Positions 21,380 through 33,754 of a stretch of DNA of 36,955 nt are shown here, one piece after another (position 1 is the first letter of the stretch; the number at the start of each line of letters is the position of its first letter). Under the pieces are notes generated by a model. That model saw only the letters and a list, made by a program, of their open reading frames with translations. It was not told where the DNA came from and made no database searches. The position numbers and the translations under genes were made by a program. Source of the stretch: Octopus bimaculoides (lineage: Eukaryota); the NCBI RefSeq assembly GCF_001194135.2, contig NC_068983.1:67903802-67940756 (forward strand), in the 5' to 3' direction.

Positions 21380-22602
21380 GTGTGCGTATGCATGTATATG
21401 CTTATATATATATATATATATACGTGTGTATATATATATACATGTATGCACGTATGTATGTATATATATATAAACCTATATACATATATATACACACACA
21501 TATATATATACATATATATATATGTGAATATACATTTGTATGTATGTATATGTATATATATATATATATANNNNNNNNNNNNNNNNNNNNNNNNNNNNNN
21601 NNNNNNNNNNNNNNNNNNNNNNNNNNNNNNNNNNNNNNNNNNNNNNNNNNNNNNNNNNNNNNNNNNNNNNNNNNNNNNNNNNNNNNNNNNNNNNNNNNNN
21701 NNNNNNNNNNNNNNNNNNNNNNNNNNNNNNNNNNNNNNNNNNNNNNNNNNNNNNNNNNNNNNNNNNNNNNNNNNNNNNNNNNNNNNNNNNNNNNNNNNNN
21801 NNNNNNNNNNNNNNNNNNNNNNNNNNNNNNNNNNNNNNNNNNNNNNNNNNNNNNNNNNNNNNNNNNNNNNNNNNNNNNNNNNNNNNNNNNNNNNNNNNNN
21901 NNNNNNNNNNNNNNNNNNNNNNNNNNNNNNNNNNNNNNNNNNNNNNNNNNNNNNNNNNNNNNNNNNNNNNNNNNNNNNNNNNNNNNNNNNNNNNNNNNNN
22001 NNNNNNNNNNNNNNNNNNNNNNNNNNNNNNNNNNNNNNNNNNNNNNNNNNNNNNNNNNNNNNNNNNNNNNNNNNNNNNNNNNNNNNNNNNNNNNNNNNNN
22101 NNNNNNNNNNNNNNNNNNNNNNNNNNNNNNNNNNNNNNNNNNNNNNNNNNNNNNNNNNNNNNNNNNNNNNNNNNNNNNNNNNNNNNNNNNNNNNNNNNNN
22201 NNNNNNNNNNNNNNNNNNNNNNNNNNNNNNNNNNNNNNNNNNNNNNNNNNNNNNNNNNNNNNNNNNNNNNNNNNNNNNNNNNNNNNNNNNNNNNNNNNNN
22301 NNNNNNNNNNNNNNNNNNNNNNNNNNNNNNNNNNNNNNNNNNNNNNNNNNNNNNNNNNNNNNNNNNNNNNNNNNNNNNNNNNNNNNNNNNNNNNNNNNNN
22401 NNNNNNNNNNNNNNNNNNNNNNNNNNNNNNNNNNNNNNNNNNNNNNNNNNNNNNNNNNNNNNNNNNNNNNNNNNNNNNNNNNNNNNNNNNNNNNNNNNNN
22501 NNNNNNNNNNNNNNNNNNNNNNNNNNNNNNNNNNATATATACATATATACATATATACATATACATATATACATATATATATATACATATATACATATAT
22601 AC

Positions 22603-22640
<38 letters not shown>
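21380..22640. repeat. (TA)n/(TACA)n microsatellite spanning assembly gap 21571-22535
   Basis: Direct reading of both gap flanks. Confidence 0.9.
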
Positions 22641-22642
<2 letters not shown>

Positions 22643-22964
22643 CTCTAGCAATTCATCCTAAGCGTACACCTATGTATGTGACATAACAGACCTTTCTGCC
22701 ATCTCTTATTTATTTTTCCTCAAACTCTGATTGCGGACCTCTCTCTATCTATGCCTTCCCTTTTTTCACTCTGTTATAACTTCTCTGACTCTCTCTCTCT
22801 CTCTCTTCTCTCCTCTCTCTTCTCTCCTCTTTCTTCCCTCTTCTCTCCTCTCTCTTTCTATGTTACTCCCTTTTATAGTTACTTTATTTTTTGCTTCTAT
22901 TGTTAATTACATAGACAGCCACCTTGGGACAGGACAGTGGAGATTTGCTAACAGTATTTGTTAG

Positions 22965-22969
22965 TAATA

Positions 22970-23000
<31 letters not shown>

Positions 23001-23114
23001 CGATGATGATGGTGAGGTGTCTAGCTGGTAATAGTAGTGCTTTATTAGTAGTAGTACAACTATAATATTGGTAGAATACTGGTGGTGGTGGTGGTGGTGG
23101 TGGTNNNNNNNNNN

Positions 23115-23160
<46 letters not shown>

Positions 23161-23290
23161 CGGGATGGGTGGGGGTGAAGTCGGTGGTTGGAGGCAGTGT
23201 TGGATACAGCGTTTGTGGTATTGGCTGCAGCGGTTGTTGCGGTGGCGGTATTGGCGGTGGTTGTGGTGGAGAATGTTGTAGTTGCGGTTG
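22965..23290. repeat. (GAT)n/(GGT)n/(TAG)n microsatellites and degenerate TGG-rich tract
   Basis: Direct reading. Confidence 0.9.
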
Positions 23291-23714
23291 CGCCAAGTAT
23301 GAAGACAGAAATGTGGGCGTTCGAGGTTGATCAAAAGAATAAAGAAGATAGAAAGTAAGGAACACAGGAAAAAGAAATATGTGTGTGTGTGTGTCTGTGT
23401 GTGTGTGTGTGTGTGTTTGTATGTATATATGTATGTATATGGCTGCATGCATAAATATAGCCGGTTAGATTATATAAGAAATATTATTTACATATATTTG
23501 CATATAATTACATTTCCACTGGGCATTCTATACAAATTGCAGGATCAGATCTTAAACCTTCATCTCTTGCTCAATCTCATTCTCTCTCTGTCTCACTCTC
23601 TCTATCTCTCTATCTCTCTCTCTCTCACTTTCTCCCTCTCCACGCTTTTCTTTCTTTTTTTCTATCATATTACAGACGTCTTTTTTTACATATTAATATA
23701 TAAAAGTATACGTG

Positions 23715-23764
<50 letters not shown>

Positions 23765-24495
23765 NNNNNNNNNNNNNNNNNNNNNNNNNNNNNNNNNNNN
23801 NNNNNNNNNNNNNNNNNNNNNNNNNNNNNNNNNNNNNNNNNNNNNNNNNNNNNNNNNNNNNNNNNNNNNNNNNNNNNNNNNNNNNNNNNNNNNNNNNNNN
23901 NNNNNNNNNNNNNNNNNNNNNNNNNNNNNNNNNNNNNNNNNNNNNNNNNNNNNNNNNNNNNNNNNNNNNNNNNNNNNNNNNNNNNNNNNNNNNNNNNNNN
24001 NNNNNNNNNNNNNNNNNNNNNNNNNNNNNNNNNNNNNNNNNNNNNNNNNNNNNNNNNNNNNNNNNNNNNNNNNNNNNNNNNNNNNNNNNNNNNNNNNNNN
24101 NNNNNNNNNNNNNNNNNNNNNNNNNNNNNNNNNNNNNNNNNNNNNNNNNNNNNNNNNNNNNNNNNNNNNNNNNNNNNNNNNNNNNNNNNNNNNNNNNNNN
24201 NNNNNNNNNNNNNNNNNNNNNNNNNNNNNNNNNNNNNNNNNNNNNNNNNNNNNNNNNNNNNNNNNNNNNNNNNNNNNNNNNNNNNNNNNNNNNNNNNNNN
24301 NNNNNNNNNNNNNNNNNNNNNNNNNNNNNNNNNNNNNNNNNNNNNNNNNNNNNNNNNNNNNNNNNNNNNNNNNNNNNNNNNNNNNNNNNNNNNNNNNNNN
24401 NNNNNNNNNNNNNNNNNNNNNNNNNNNNNNNNNNNNNNNNNNNNNNNNNNNNNNNNNNNNNNNNNNNNNNNNNNNNNNNNNNNNNNNNNNNNNNN

Positions 24496-24787
24496 GCACT
24501 CCACAGACACGTGTCCCCTTAACGTAGTTCTCGGGGATATTCAGCGTGACACAGTGTGACAAGGCTGACCCTTTCAATTACAGGCACAACAGAAACAGGA
24601 AGTAAGAGTGAGAGAAAGTTGTGGTGAAAGAGTACAACAGGGTTCGCCACCATCCCCTGCAGGAGCCTCGTGGAGCTTTAGGTGTTTTCGCTCAATAAAC
24701 ACTCACAACGCCCGGTCTGGGAATCGAAACCGCGATCCTATGACCGTGAGTCCGCTGCCCTAAACACTGGACCATTGCGCCTCCACA
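24496..24787 (-). mobile_element. tRNA-derived SINE family 3, young copy; 3' end runs into a gap
   Basis: Minus-strand head tgtggaggcgcaatggtccagtgtttagggcagcggactcacggtcataggatcgcggtttcgattccc (A and B boxes), body, then tail module T1. Near-identical to 31330-31420 where they overlap. Confidence 0.85.
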
Positions 24788-24910
24788 AGTTCCTCTGGAT
24801 AGAAAGCTAATATGTCGCTGATGACTTCTCTTTTAAGAATTTGTCATTTTTCTTTTTCCACGTAAACTGGGGTAACGGGAGTAGGTATAACAAAATTCCA
24901 CACTTTATGC

Positions 24911-25072
24911 CAGTGGTTCCCAGCCTTTTCACAGTGGTTCCCAACCCTTTTATTTAAATGAGTTTTCCCACATACCCCTTTTAATATGCCTATACTTTAT
25001 ATATATGAAATTTTGAATTTAGTTCACGGACTCCCAGTACTACATTTGCTGACCACAGGTTGAGAACCGCTG
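24911..25072. mobile_element. hAT-type MITE with SPIN/Charlie-like TIRs
   Basis: Left CAGTGGTTCCCA(G/A)CC at 24911 and again at 24932. Right GGTTGAGAACCGCTG at 25058-25072 (reverse complement CAGCGGTTCTCAACC). 8-bp flanks ctttatgc and ctttatat match at 6/8, consistent with a decayed hAT TSD. Confidence 0.75.
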
Positions 25073-26062
25073 CTTTATATAGATATACGCAACGAACATT
25101 TTAGATGCATAAGGGTTGAAAGCTCTCCCAGTTCTATGCTGATGATCAGTAGTCACCATTAAATGCCCATTCCTTACTAAATATAACAAATCAGGGATAT
25201 AAAAAAATCTTTCGATCTTTGTGATTCTCTCTGGATTACCAAACTTCTGACAACGCCTAACAATATTTCCGAAATAATTTAAATCAGTTGTTCAGAATCT
25301 GGACGTTAAAGCGCCTCCTTGGATGGGGAGCTCACCAGGAAACTGCAATCTATCAATGCATTGAGAGGAGGTAGTGTGCTTAGAAATAAAATTCCCAAAC
25401 CAGATACAATACTTATAAAACACATTTTCGAAACAATATTTGTCGAGAGTAAAATATAAACAGGTTAATGTGTTAGCAGTGAACAGAAACATGACTGATG
25501 ATAAGCCAAGGTCCAGTATAATATCCTACATGTTTCTACCTTACCTACTTCCACACAAGTAGTTTTCTTGTATATAAGCCCTCTGTGAACGTAAAAGTGT
25601 CTGTTATAAAGCTTATCAATCAAATGCGCATCAATGTGCAGACACTGCTACGGTTATCTTCATTATACACGATGTTTTCACTATTGCCTCAATCACATAA
25701 TTGTCAATAATCATAATAGCGCTCTGTACTCACTTCTCAAATGCTCTATGATTTTTACTAATCGGGACTTTGACTGTTCAGTAAAAACAAGCGCTAAATA
25801 CAAATGCCATGCATGTCAATAACTAATATTATACCAATAATTCCTTACATGTCAGCAAACTTGAATATCTCTCTATTTGACATAACTATCTTCGAGGTTT
25901 TTTCACTGAAGATACATATTCAACATGGTCAAACATAAATTAAAACAGTCTTCTTTGGGATAAAAAAGCATAGTTCAGCTGGTAATTCCACGAGATATTC
26001 TACACAAACCTCAGTCGTACACCCACATACTAACAGATATACACACATACAGTATGAAGGAT

Positions 26063-26093
<31 letters not shown>

Positions 26094-27059
26094 GGGTGGA
26101 TAGATAGATAGATATACACTTAATCCAAGAAAAATGTACATATAGACCCCAACACAAATATTCACAGTGAAAAATTCGAGCTTACATTCTGCAAGTGTTT
26201 AGAGTAAAGCGTGCACAAATTTTGCATATACACACACATGCATATGCACATTNNNNNNNNNNNNNNNNNNNNNNNNNNNNNNNNNNNNNNNNNNNNNNNN
26301 NNNNNNNNNNNNNNNNNNNNNNNNNNNNNNNNNNNNNNNNNNNNNNNNNNNNNTATATATATATATATATATATATATTGTGTATGTGTGTGTGTATACA
26401 TAGTTAAATGTACTACAACTGTATGCGTAGAGCTCAAAGTAGATTATTATTTTTCCAGTATAGTTAGTCTACCACTGTATTTGGCATTGCTACAAGTTAC
26501 GACACACAGAGCATATGTAGTAAAAAAAATTAGATATTAGATCTCTGTAATAAAATGAAATAAAGTGTTCCCCTGATGATCCATTGCGGTTAGGCATCCA
26601 AATGCACACAGTACAACGCTGAGTTCCGAAGAAATGGAATAGTGAAACGTACGTAGAAATTATTAATTTGGACTCGAGTTTATCTTAATTTTCCACTATA
26701 TATGTGTGCTTAGTTGAGTGTAAGTGTGCATGTGTGTGTATGTGTGTATGTATGTATGCATGTATGTATGTATGAATGTTTGTATATATGTATGTATCGT
26801 GATTATAGTTTTTCAAGTTGCTAGCTATTTTGATCTTAGCTAAAACGCCGAAGACTGGGCTTTTAGCTAAAGAGAAAACGCAAGTTCTAAATTCACAAAA
26901 TTTATCTGAGTCTCCATAACAGCAAATTTGTAGACCCTATACCGAAATAAGTGTTCATGCTTTAAAATTTCAGTAAATGTGATATCATGTAATCTGAAGT
27001 AACCGTAATTCGGGGGATGATTGTATTTTAAAAGCAGGGTAATGCGGTTAGCTGTCGAC

Positions 27060-27150
27060 ATACATACATATATGTATGAATATATACATACATGCATGCA
27101 TGCATGCATACATACATACATACATACATACATACATACATACATACATA
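27060..27150. repeat. (TACA)n/(CATG)n microsatellite
   Basis: Direct reading. Confidence 0.95.
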
Positions 27151-28580
27151 GGGATGTTCTTTGGGTTGTCCTTAGAAAGCTGGGTGTTCCCGAAAAGATG
27201 CTCTATGTCATCATTTCTTTCTGTCAAGGGATAATGGCTTCTGTCAGATCTAGAGGGAGTATCCGTGTCATTCACAGTCTCAAATGGGACAAAACAAGGC
27301 TATGTTCTTGCACCGCTCTTATTTGCTTTGTATTTCTCCGTCATGCTGGAAACGGCGTCCGACGGTGTTAAAAGAGTAAAGTTTGAATACAGAACTGATG
27401 GTAGCTTGTTCAACCAACAGCGCTTCAAAGCAAACTCTATGACTTAGGTGCAAACAGTTCGAGAATTGCTCTTCGCAGACGATTGTGCAATCGTAGCACA
27501 CACTCTTGAGGGAATGCAATGAATTCTAAACAACTTCTCACATGCATCGAAGGCTTTTGGTCTGACTATCAGCAACAAGAAAACTGAGCTTGTCCAGGAG
27601 CCCATTTGTTGACCATCTTCCCATTGTTGCCCCTACTCTATATGTTGATGAGAAAGCATTAAAAATAGTTTCTTCTTGTACTTATCTTGGTTCCATTGAG
27701 TCCAATAACGCTAAGGTGGATAAAGAAACTGAGCCCAGAAATGGAAAGGCTGGCTCCGCTTTCGGTAAGCTTTCTCACAGACTTTGGAACAGCCACGATG
27801 TATTGAAGGTGAAAGTCAATGTATATAAATCGGTGGTCTTGACAACATTGCTTTATGGTGCTGAATCTTGATTCTATAGCGAAAGCACATCAACAAGCTT
27901 GACGCTTTTTATATGCGATGCTTGCGTACTATCCCTAACACAAAACCGAGCGACCATATTCGAAACAGTGGGGTTCTAACAAAATGCAACATATCAGGTA
28001 CTGAAGTCATCCTCATCAAAATACAACTAAGATGGTCGAATCATCTCTCACGTATGAGTGATATCAGAATTCCGTAGCAACATCTCTTCGGCAAATTCCC
28101 AACAGGAAGGCGAGTTGAGTTAAAAGTCCACTCTACGCTTCAAGAGACAAGCTAAAAGACAATCTGAAGCGATACAAATTTCCTTTCTTCCTGAAAAAAT
28201 AAAGCATCAGAAAGCAAGGCGTGACGCCAGTCCTACTTCTCCTCAGTTCAAAGATTTGAACAAAGTCGACTCCAACATCAAGACCAACTTTGTGCAAGCA
28301 TGAAAGCACGCTGGCAAAAAGCTGCCCCTCTAAATGGAAACCTTACTTGTCATTGTGGCTTTGTGGCACAAAGCAAAGCAGGCCCTTACCTTCCACTCGA
28401 GAAAACACATAGTAAATGATCCACAGGCACTCAAGCAAACTGAGTCCTCAACTTGTTCCATTTGCCAAAAGGTTTGCAATGTGCCAGCAGGCCTCAAGAG
28501 ACACATTCGTGTCCACAGTAAATGATTAACGCTTTATTTTACTGAACCCTCATTTGTAGTTCGCGACAAGAGAATCCATA
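27148..28580 (+). mobile_element. RTE-clade (BovB-like) LINE, 5'-truncated, partial RT and C-terminus, decayed
   Basis: LWVVLRKLGVPEKM, SFTVSNGTKQGYVLAPLLFALYFS, YRTDGSLFN, RELLFADDCA (27466-27483), AFGLTISNKKTE, YLGS, KAGSAFGKL..RLWN, KVNVYKSVVLTTLLYGAES, QLRWSNHL, then two zinc-finger motifs. Followed by (CA)n/(TACA)n. Confidence 0.93.
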
Positions 28581-28584
28581 AAAC

Positions 28585-28595
28585 ACACACTCACA

Positions 28596-28635
<40 letters not shown>

Positions 28636-28712
28636 TACATACATACATNNNNNNNNNNACATACATACATACATAATACATACATACATACATTCATACA
28701 TTCATACATACA
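28585..28712. repeat. (CA)n/(TACA)n microsatellite
   Basis: Direct reading. Confidence 0.95.
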
Positions 28713-28724
28713 TAACTGAAACTA

Positions 28725-29020
28725 GCACTCCACCGTTTACGACGACGAGGGTCCCAGTCGATCCGATCAACGGAACAGTTTGTTCGTGAGATTAACGTGC
28801 AAATGGCTGAGCACTCCATAGACACTTGTAGCCTTAACATATTTCTCATAAAGAGTCAGCGGGACTCAGAATGTGACAAGGCTGGCTCTTTTAAAATACT
28901 ACTCATGTTTGCGAGCTGAGAGGAGTGGGCAACGTGAAATATAGTTTCTCACTCAAGGACACAACGCGTCGCCGGGAATTGAACTCACGACCTTACGATC
29001 GTAAGCCGAATACCCCAACC
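28725..29020 (-). mobile_element. tRNA-derived SINE family 4 (CORE-like body) with tail module T1
   Basis: Minus strand ggtcgtgagttcaattcccggcgacgcgttgtgtccttgagtgagaaactatatttcacgttg.., then ..gttgatcggatcgactgggaccctcgtcgtcgtaaacggtggagtgc. Confidence 0.8.
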
Positions 29021-30499
29021 ATACATACATATATTCATATACACAGATGCACATACCTCTTTCTTTCTCCTCTTCTAATATTTTTCCCTGCTTTACTTAA
29101 CTCATCTGTCCTTGCTCTGTCAACCACATTCCTCACTTCCCAAATACCATACCTGTACACACATATGTACATTGACACGGACAGCACACACATGCATTTC
29201 ATGCTTACACACTAACACCACCAATCATACACACACACGCACGCACGCACACACACACACACACTCATTTTGCACAGACACTAACACCATGACACAAGGC
29301 CATATGCCATCAGACAATGTCAGCCACCAGGTGTAGCACTGAGAGAAACAGTCGTATACCAAGGTGGTGTTACGTAATCAACCGTCTGTCAAATAGCGAA
29401 ATAGCTAAGCTCTTCCCCTACTACAGCTTCCAATCCAGTCATCATTACTCCCACCACTACCACCACCAACAACAACAACATTTGTAAACAATATCTGAAA
29501 TTTCACTTTGTTTATAACGTTGTCAATGTGTGAGTAGTCTGCAATAGGAGAAACACTAGAAACTAACAATGTATGGTAGCAGCGAGGAGACAAAAATAAG
29601 CTGGCAAAAACACTAAAGATCTGTGGTACTCAAAGAGTTCTGCCAGGTGGTGGGGGGTTCACTATTGCACTGCAAGGGGTATCTTAATGCAGCGTGAATT
29701 TCATATAATATAACTAAAAGCACATTGGCAAAACGAGTAATTATTAATTTTATTATACACAAGTGTAAGTAATAAAAGTAACTAAGCAATACTTTTCTAC
29801 ATATTTTTCTAAATTTAAAACATTTTTTCTTCGTTTTCATATGAAATTTGCCAGGTTGCCANNNNNNNNNNNNNNNNNNNNNNNNNNNNNNNNNNNNNNN
29901 NNNNNNNNNNNNNNNNNNNNNNNNNNNNNNNNNNNNNNNNNNNNNNNNNNNNNNNNNNNNNNNNNNNNNNNNNNNNNNNNNNNNNNNNNNNNNNNNNNNN
30001 NNNNNNNNNNNNNNNNNNNNNNNNNNNNNNNNNNNNNNNNNNNNNNNNNNNNNNNNNNNNNNNNNNNNNNNNNNNNNNNNNNNNNNNNNNNNNNNNNNNN
30101 NNNNNNNNNNNNNNNNNNNNNNNNNNNNNNNNNNNNNNNNNNNNNNNNNNNNNNNNNNNNNNNNNNNNNNNNNNNNNNNNNNNNNNNNNNNNNNNNNNNN
30201 NNNNNNNNNNNNNNNNNNNNNNNNNNNNNNNNNNNNNNNNNNNNNNNNNNNNNNNNNNNNNNNNNNNNNNNNNNNNNNNNNNNNNNNNNNNNNNNNNNNN
30301 NNNNNNNNNNNNNNNNNNNNNNNNNNNNNNNNNNNNNNNNNNNNNNNNNNNNNNNNNNNNNNNNNNNNNNNNNNNNNNNNNNNNNNNNNNNNNNNNNNNN
30401 NNNNNNNNNNNNNNNNNNNNNNNNNNNNNNNNNNNNNNNNNNNNNNNNNNNNNNNNNNNNNNNNNNNNNNNNNNNNNNNNNNNNNNNNNNNNNNNNNNN

Positions 30500-30537
<38 letters not shown>

Positions 30538-30597
30538 TACATACATACATACAAACATATATATATATATAATATACATAATCTTTTTTTATTGTGA

Positions 30598-30700
30598 CAC
30601 AAGGTCAGCAATTTTGAAGGGGTGGGGAAGCCCATTACATCAACCCTGATACTTCTTTCATCGATCTGAACGGATGAAAGGCAAAGTCGACCTCGGTGGA
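30598..30700 (-). mobile_element. SINE family 1, 3' half
   Basis: ttcatcgatctgaacggatgaaaggcaaagtcgacctcggtgga is the reverse complement of the family-1 core. Confidence 0.72.
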
Positions 30701-30704
30701 TATT

Positions 30705-31190
30705 ACTTATCAGGCAGAGCCTAGACTGCAGTGTCAACCAAGACCATAGCCAACTGCTGGAACAAGGCCCTTGGTGCAGCTTTCCCATAGCCCCAACAGC
30801 CAGAGCTAGAGTCAGAAAAAGAGGAATTTATGGGATTCGCTGAGGAGGAGACCAGGGCAGCAGAACAGCGTCTAGAGGATCGCCTAGAGGAGATAATGAC
30901 CCTGCAAGACTGGTTTAACATGTGGCAGGGAGTGGAGGAAGCCACACCCCCAACAGAGACACTGACAGACACCCAGATTGTGGAGCAGATTAAGGAGGAG
31001 CCAGAAGAAGATGACACAGAGGAAGCGGAGACATCAGCCCCAGCCAAGCCACATACAACGGCTGTCTCACACCTCAATAATACACTGAATGTGAAGACTA
31101 TGACCCAGACTACCCCAGGTAGACACAGATTAAGATGAGGAAAGGACTGTGCCAGAAGAAGCTTACAGACTTTTTTTATGTGATTGAATA
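30705..31190 (+). mobile_element. pogo/Tigger-type transposase, C-terminal fragment
   Basis: RA*TAVSTKTIANCWNKA (cf. AW..V...TI.NC(F/W).KA at the end of the pogo DDE_1 domain), an acidic tract with ETLTDTQIVEQI, then after a frameshift KGLCQKKLTDFF. GC-richer than its flanks. Confidence 0.75.
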
Positions 31191-31220
31191 AAAAACAATT
31201 AAATGTGAACTTTCATAAAT

Positions 31221-31422
31221 GTTGTTGGCACTCCGTCGCTTACGACGTCGAGGATTCCTGTTGATCCGATCAATGGAACAGCCTGCTCGTGAAATTAACG
31301 TGCAAGTGGTTGCGCACTCCCCAGACACGTGTACCCTTAACGTAGTTCTCGGGGATATTCAGCGTGACACAGTGTAACAAGGCTGACCCTTTGAATTACA
31401 GGTACAACAGAAACAGGAAGAA
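31221..31422 (-). mobile_element. SINE family 3, 3' part (tail T1); head lies in the gap
   Basis: gttggcactccgtcgcttacgacgtcgagg..ttgatccgatcaatggaacagcctgctcgtgaaattaacgtgcaagtgg..cagaaacaggaag, near-identical to 24496-24600. Confidence 0.85.
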
Positions 31423-32380
31423 NNNNNNNNNNNNNNNNNNNNNNNNNNNNNNNNNNNNNNNNNNNNNNNNNNNNNNNNNNNNNNNNNNNNNNNNNNNNNN
31501 NNNNNNNNNNNNNNNNNNNNNNNNNNNNNNNNNNNNNNNNNNNNNNNNNNNNNNNNNNNNNNNNNNNNNNNNNNNNNNNNNNNNNNNNNNNNNNNNNNNN
31601 NNNNNNNNNNNNNNNNNNNNNNNNNNNNNNNNNNNNNNNNNNNNNNNNNNNNNNNNNNNNNNNNNNNNNNNNNNNNNNNNNNNNNNNNNNNNNNNNNNNN
31701 NNNNNNNNNNNNNNNNNNNNNNNNNNNNNNNNNNNNNNNNNNNNNNNNNNNNNNNNNNNNNNNNNNNNNNNNNNNNNNNNNNNNNNNNNNNNNNNNNNNN
31801 NNNNNNNNNNNNNNNNNNNNNNNNNNNNNNNNNNNNNNNNNNNNNNNNNNNNNNNNNNNNNNNNNNNNNNNNNNNNNNNNNNNNNNNNNNNNNNNNNNNN
31901 NNNNNNNNNNNNNNNNNNNNNNNNNNNNNNNNNNNNNNNNNNNNNNNNNNNNNNNNNNNNNNNNNNNNNNNNNNNNNNNNNNNNNNNNNNNNNNNNNNNN
32001 NNNNNNNNNNNNNNNNNNNNNNNNNNNNNNNNNNNNNNNNNNNNNNNNNNNNNNNNNNNNNNNNNNNNNNNNNNNNNNNNNNNNNNNNNNNNNNNNNNNN
32101 NNNNNNNNNNNNNNNNNNNNNNNNNNNNNNNNNNNNNNNNNNNNNNNNNNNNNNNNNNNNNNNNNNNNNNNNNNNNNNNNNNNNNNNNNNNNNNNNNNNN
32201 NNNNNNNNNNNNNNNNNNNNNNNNNNNNNNNNNNNNNNNNNNNNNNNNNNNNNNNNNNNNNNNNNNNNNNNNNNNNNNNNNNNNNNNNNNNNNNNNNNNN
32301 NNNNNNNNNNNNNNNNNNNNNNNNNNNNNNNNNNNNNNNNNNNNNNNNNNNNNNNNNNNNNNNNNNNNNNNNNNNNNNNN

Positions 32381-32415
<35 letters not shown>

Positions 32416-32774
32416 GTGGAGGTGTATGTGGGCGTTTGTGTGTGGAAGTAGACCTTGACACCTATTATTAAGTTTTTGTTCACTTAGCTTCATCAGAGAG
32501 ATGATGGTGATTTACCAGTGACCTCATTGGTACGATAAAACATTTTGCTTGGCAATGAGAGTCGTTGTTTTTCTGTACTTATATTATTGATGATGCACAT
32601 CCCAGGACAGGGACCGGTGAGGTTATTGATATTTATGCTGTTTACGTATGCCTGTTTTTGGTTATGGTTTTTACTTTAGAACTTAGTGGAAAAGATCTTG
32701 TGCTTACAGCTGCGATTTTTATATTATTGTTTAGTTTCACATTAACTGTGATCAAGTAGATATATGCGGACAGA

Positions 32775-32915
32775 CATCCCAACCGTAACCATTTTTATGT
32801 TCAGGGAACCTAGGGTTACACTATCCAATGTCTCCTGGGTTTTTTATGACATTGTGATGTGATATTAGAGAGATGTCGCTGGTATTTCGAGCAGGCTGAG
32901 CGACCACGTTCACTC
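32775..32915 (+). repeat. Short interspersed repeat, same family as 10690-10790
   Basis: cccaaccgtaacc..tatccaatgtct..gtgatattagagagatgtcgctggtatttcgagcaggctgagcgaccacgt, collinear with 10690-10790. Confidence 0.5.
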
Positions 32916-33754
32916 GGTCAATATAACCGACCATACTCTTCACCAAAAATATATGGTCATGTGATTATATCAGAAATGTTTAACTGAAACGCCTGTACAA
33001 ACAAACATTAGAAAGTGCCTATTAGAAATAGCACTTAAATTCACCTCAAAACACCTCAAAACACACCCTGTAAGTTTCGTTCAGGATCGCTAGATCAATT
33101 TCCGACAGTTGGAGAGGGTGGAGAAGTCGGCACGTTACATGGTTTGGCCCACTCTTCTTCCGTAACGTTAAAACTCATATCCCCAGGTTTTTCTTCCAAA
33201 TTCTCGATAGTATCTTTGCCCCACAGCACAGATATCAAAGCATTTTGAATAGTAATACCAAGTTTCACGACTCCACAAGATCCAACGCAGCGATTTCTAA
33301 AAGGGGCAAGCTTGCGAGATACAATCCTGATATAGCCAGCAAAAAGGGGCAGATGATTCTTGTGGTGCCCCTAGAGCCGATACCTCTCGCAAGCAAAAAC
33401 TGTAATATCCGCTATGTAGAAGATCATGGCGTTGGGATTAACTGCAAAACTGGAGACTTGCTACCCGAGGATGCGTTAACCAGACTAACCCCCGCCCAGT
33501 GTTATACGAATGGGATGATAGTTGGACTCTCGAACTGCGGTTTTCCACCCCCGAGTTGTAACTTTAAGACTCTCGTGGAATTCCCCCTAGCCGCTGACTG
33601 TGTTCAACTCGATGATGTATATAATGCATGCTGGAGACTGGTAAAAGTTGCAGACTTTACATGGGGGCCATTGTGAAGCAGCGCATTATCATGCATAAAT
33701 ATATCTTCTCCAACCCGAAGCTTAGGTTCTCTATTTGCCTAGCAGTATGTCTTG

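Noticed and set aside
26836-26872. Hairpin ttagctaaaa..ttttagctaa with a nearby CTAG on minus, suggesting a Helitron 3' end
   Set aside because: CTAG is not followed by T, no 5' TC end was identified, and there is a single occurrence.
29697-29849. 10-bp inverted repeat (aatttcatat / atatgaaatt) suggesting a MITE
   Set aside because: Short and AT-rich, with no TSD.
30721-31077. 118-aa Ser-rich minus-strand ORF
   Set aside because: It is antisense to the Tigger-like acidic tract.
11519-32493. Long ORFs of 240-450 aa in the ORF track spanning N gaps, and YI/HT/CV/SL-repeat ORFs
   Set aside because: They are artefacts of N runs and dinucleotide or trinucleotide microsatellites that lack stop codons.
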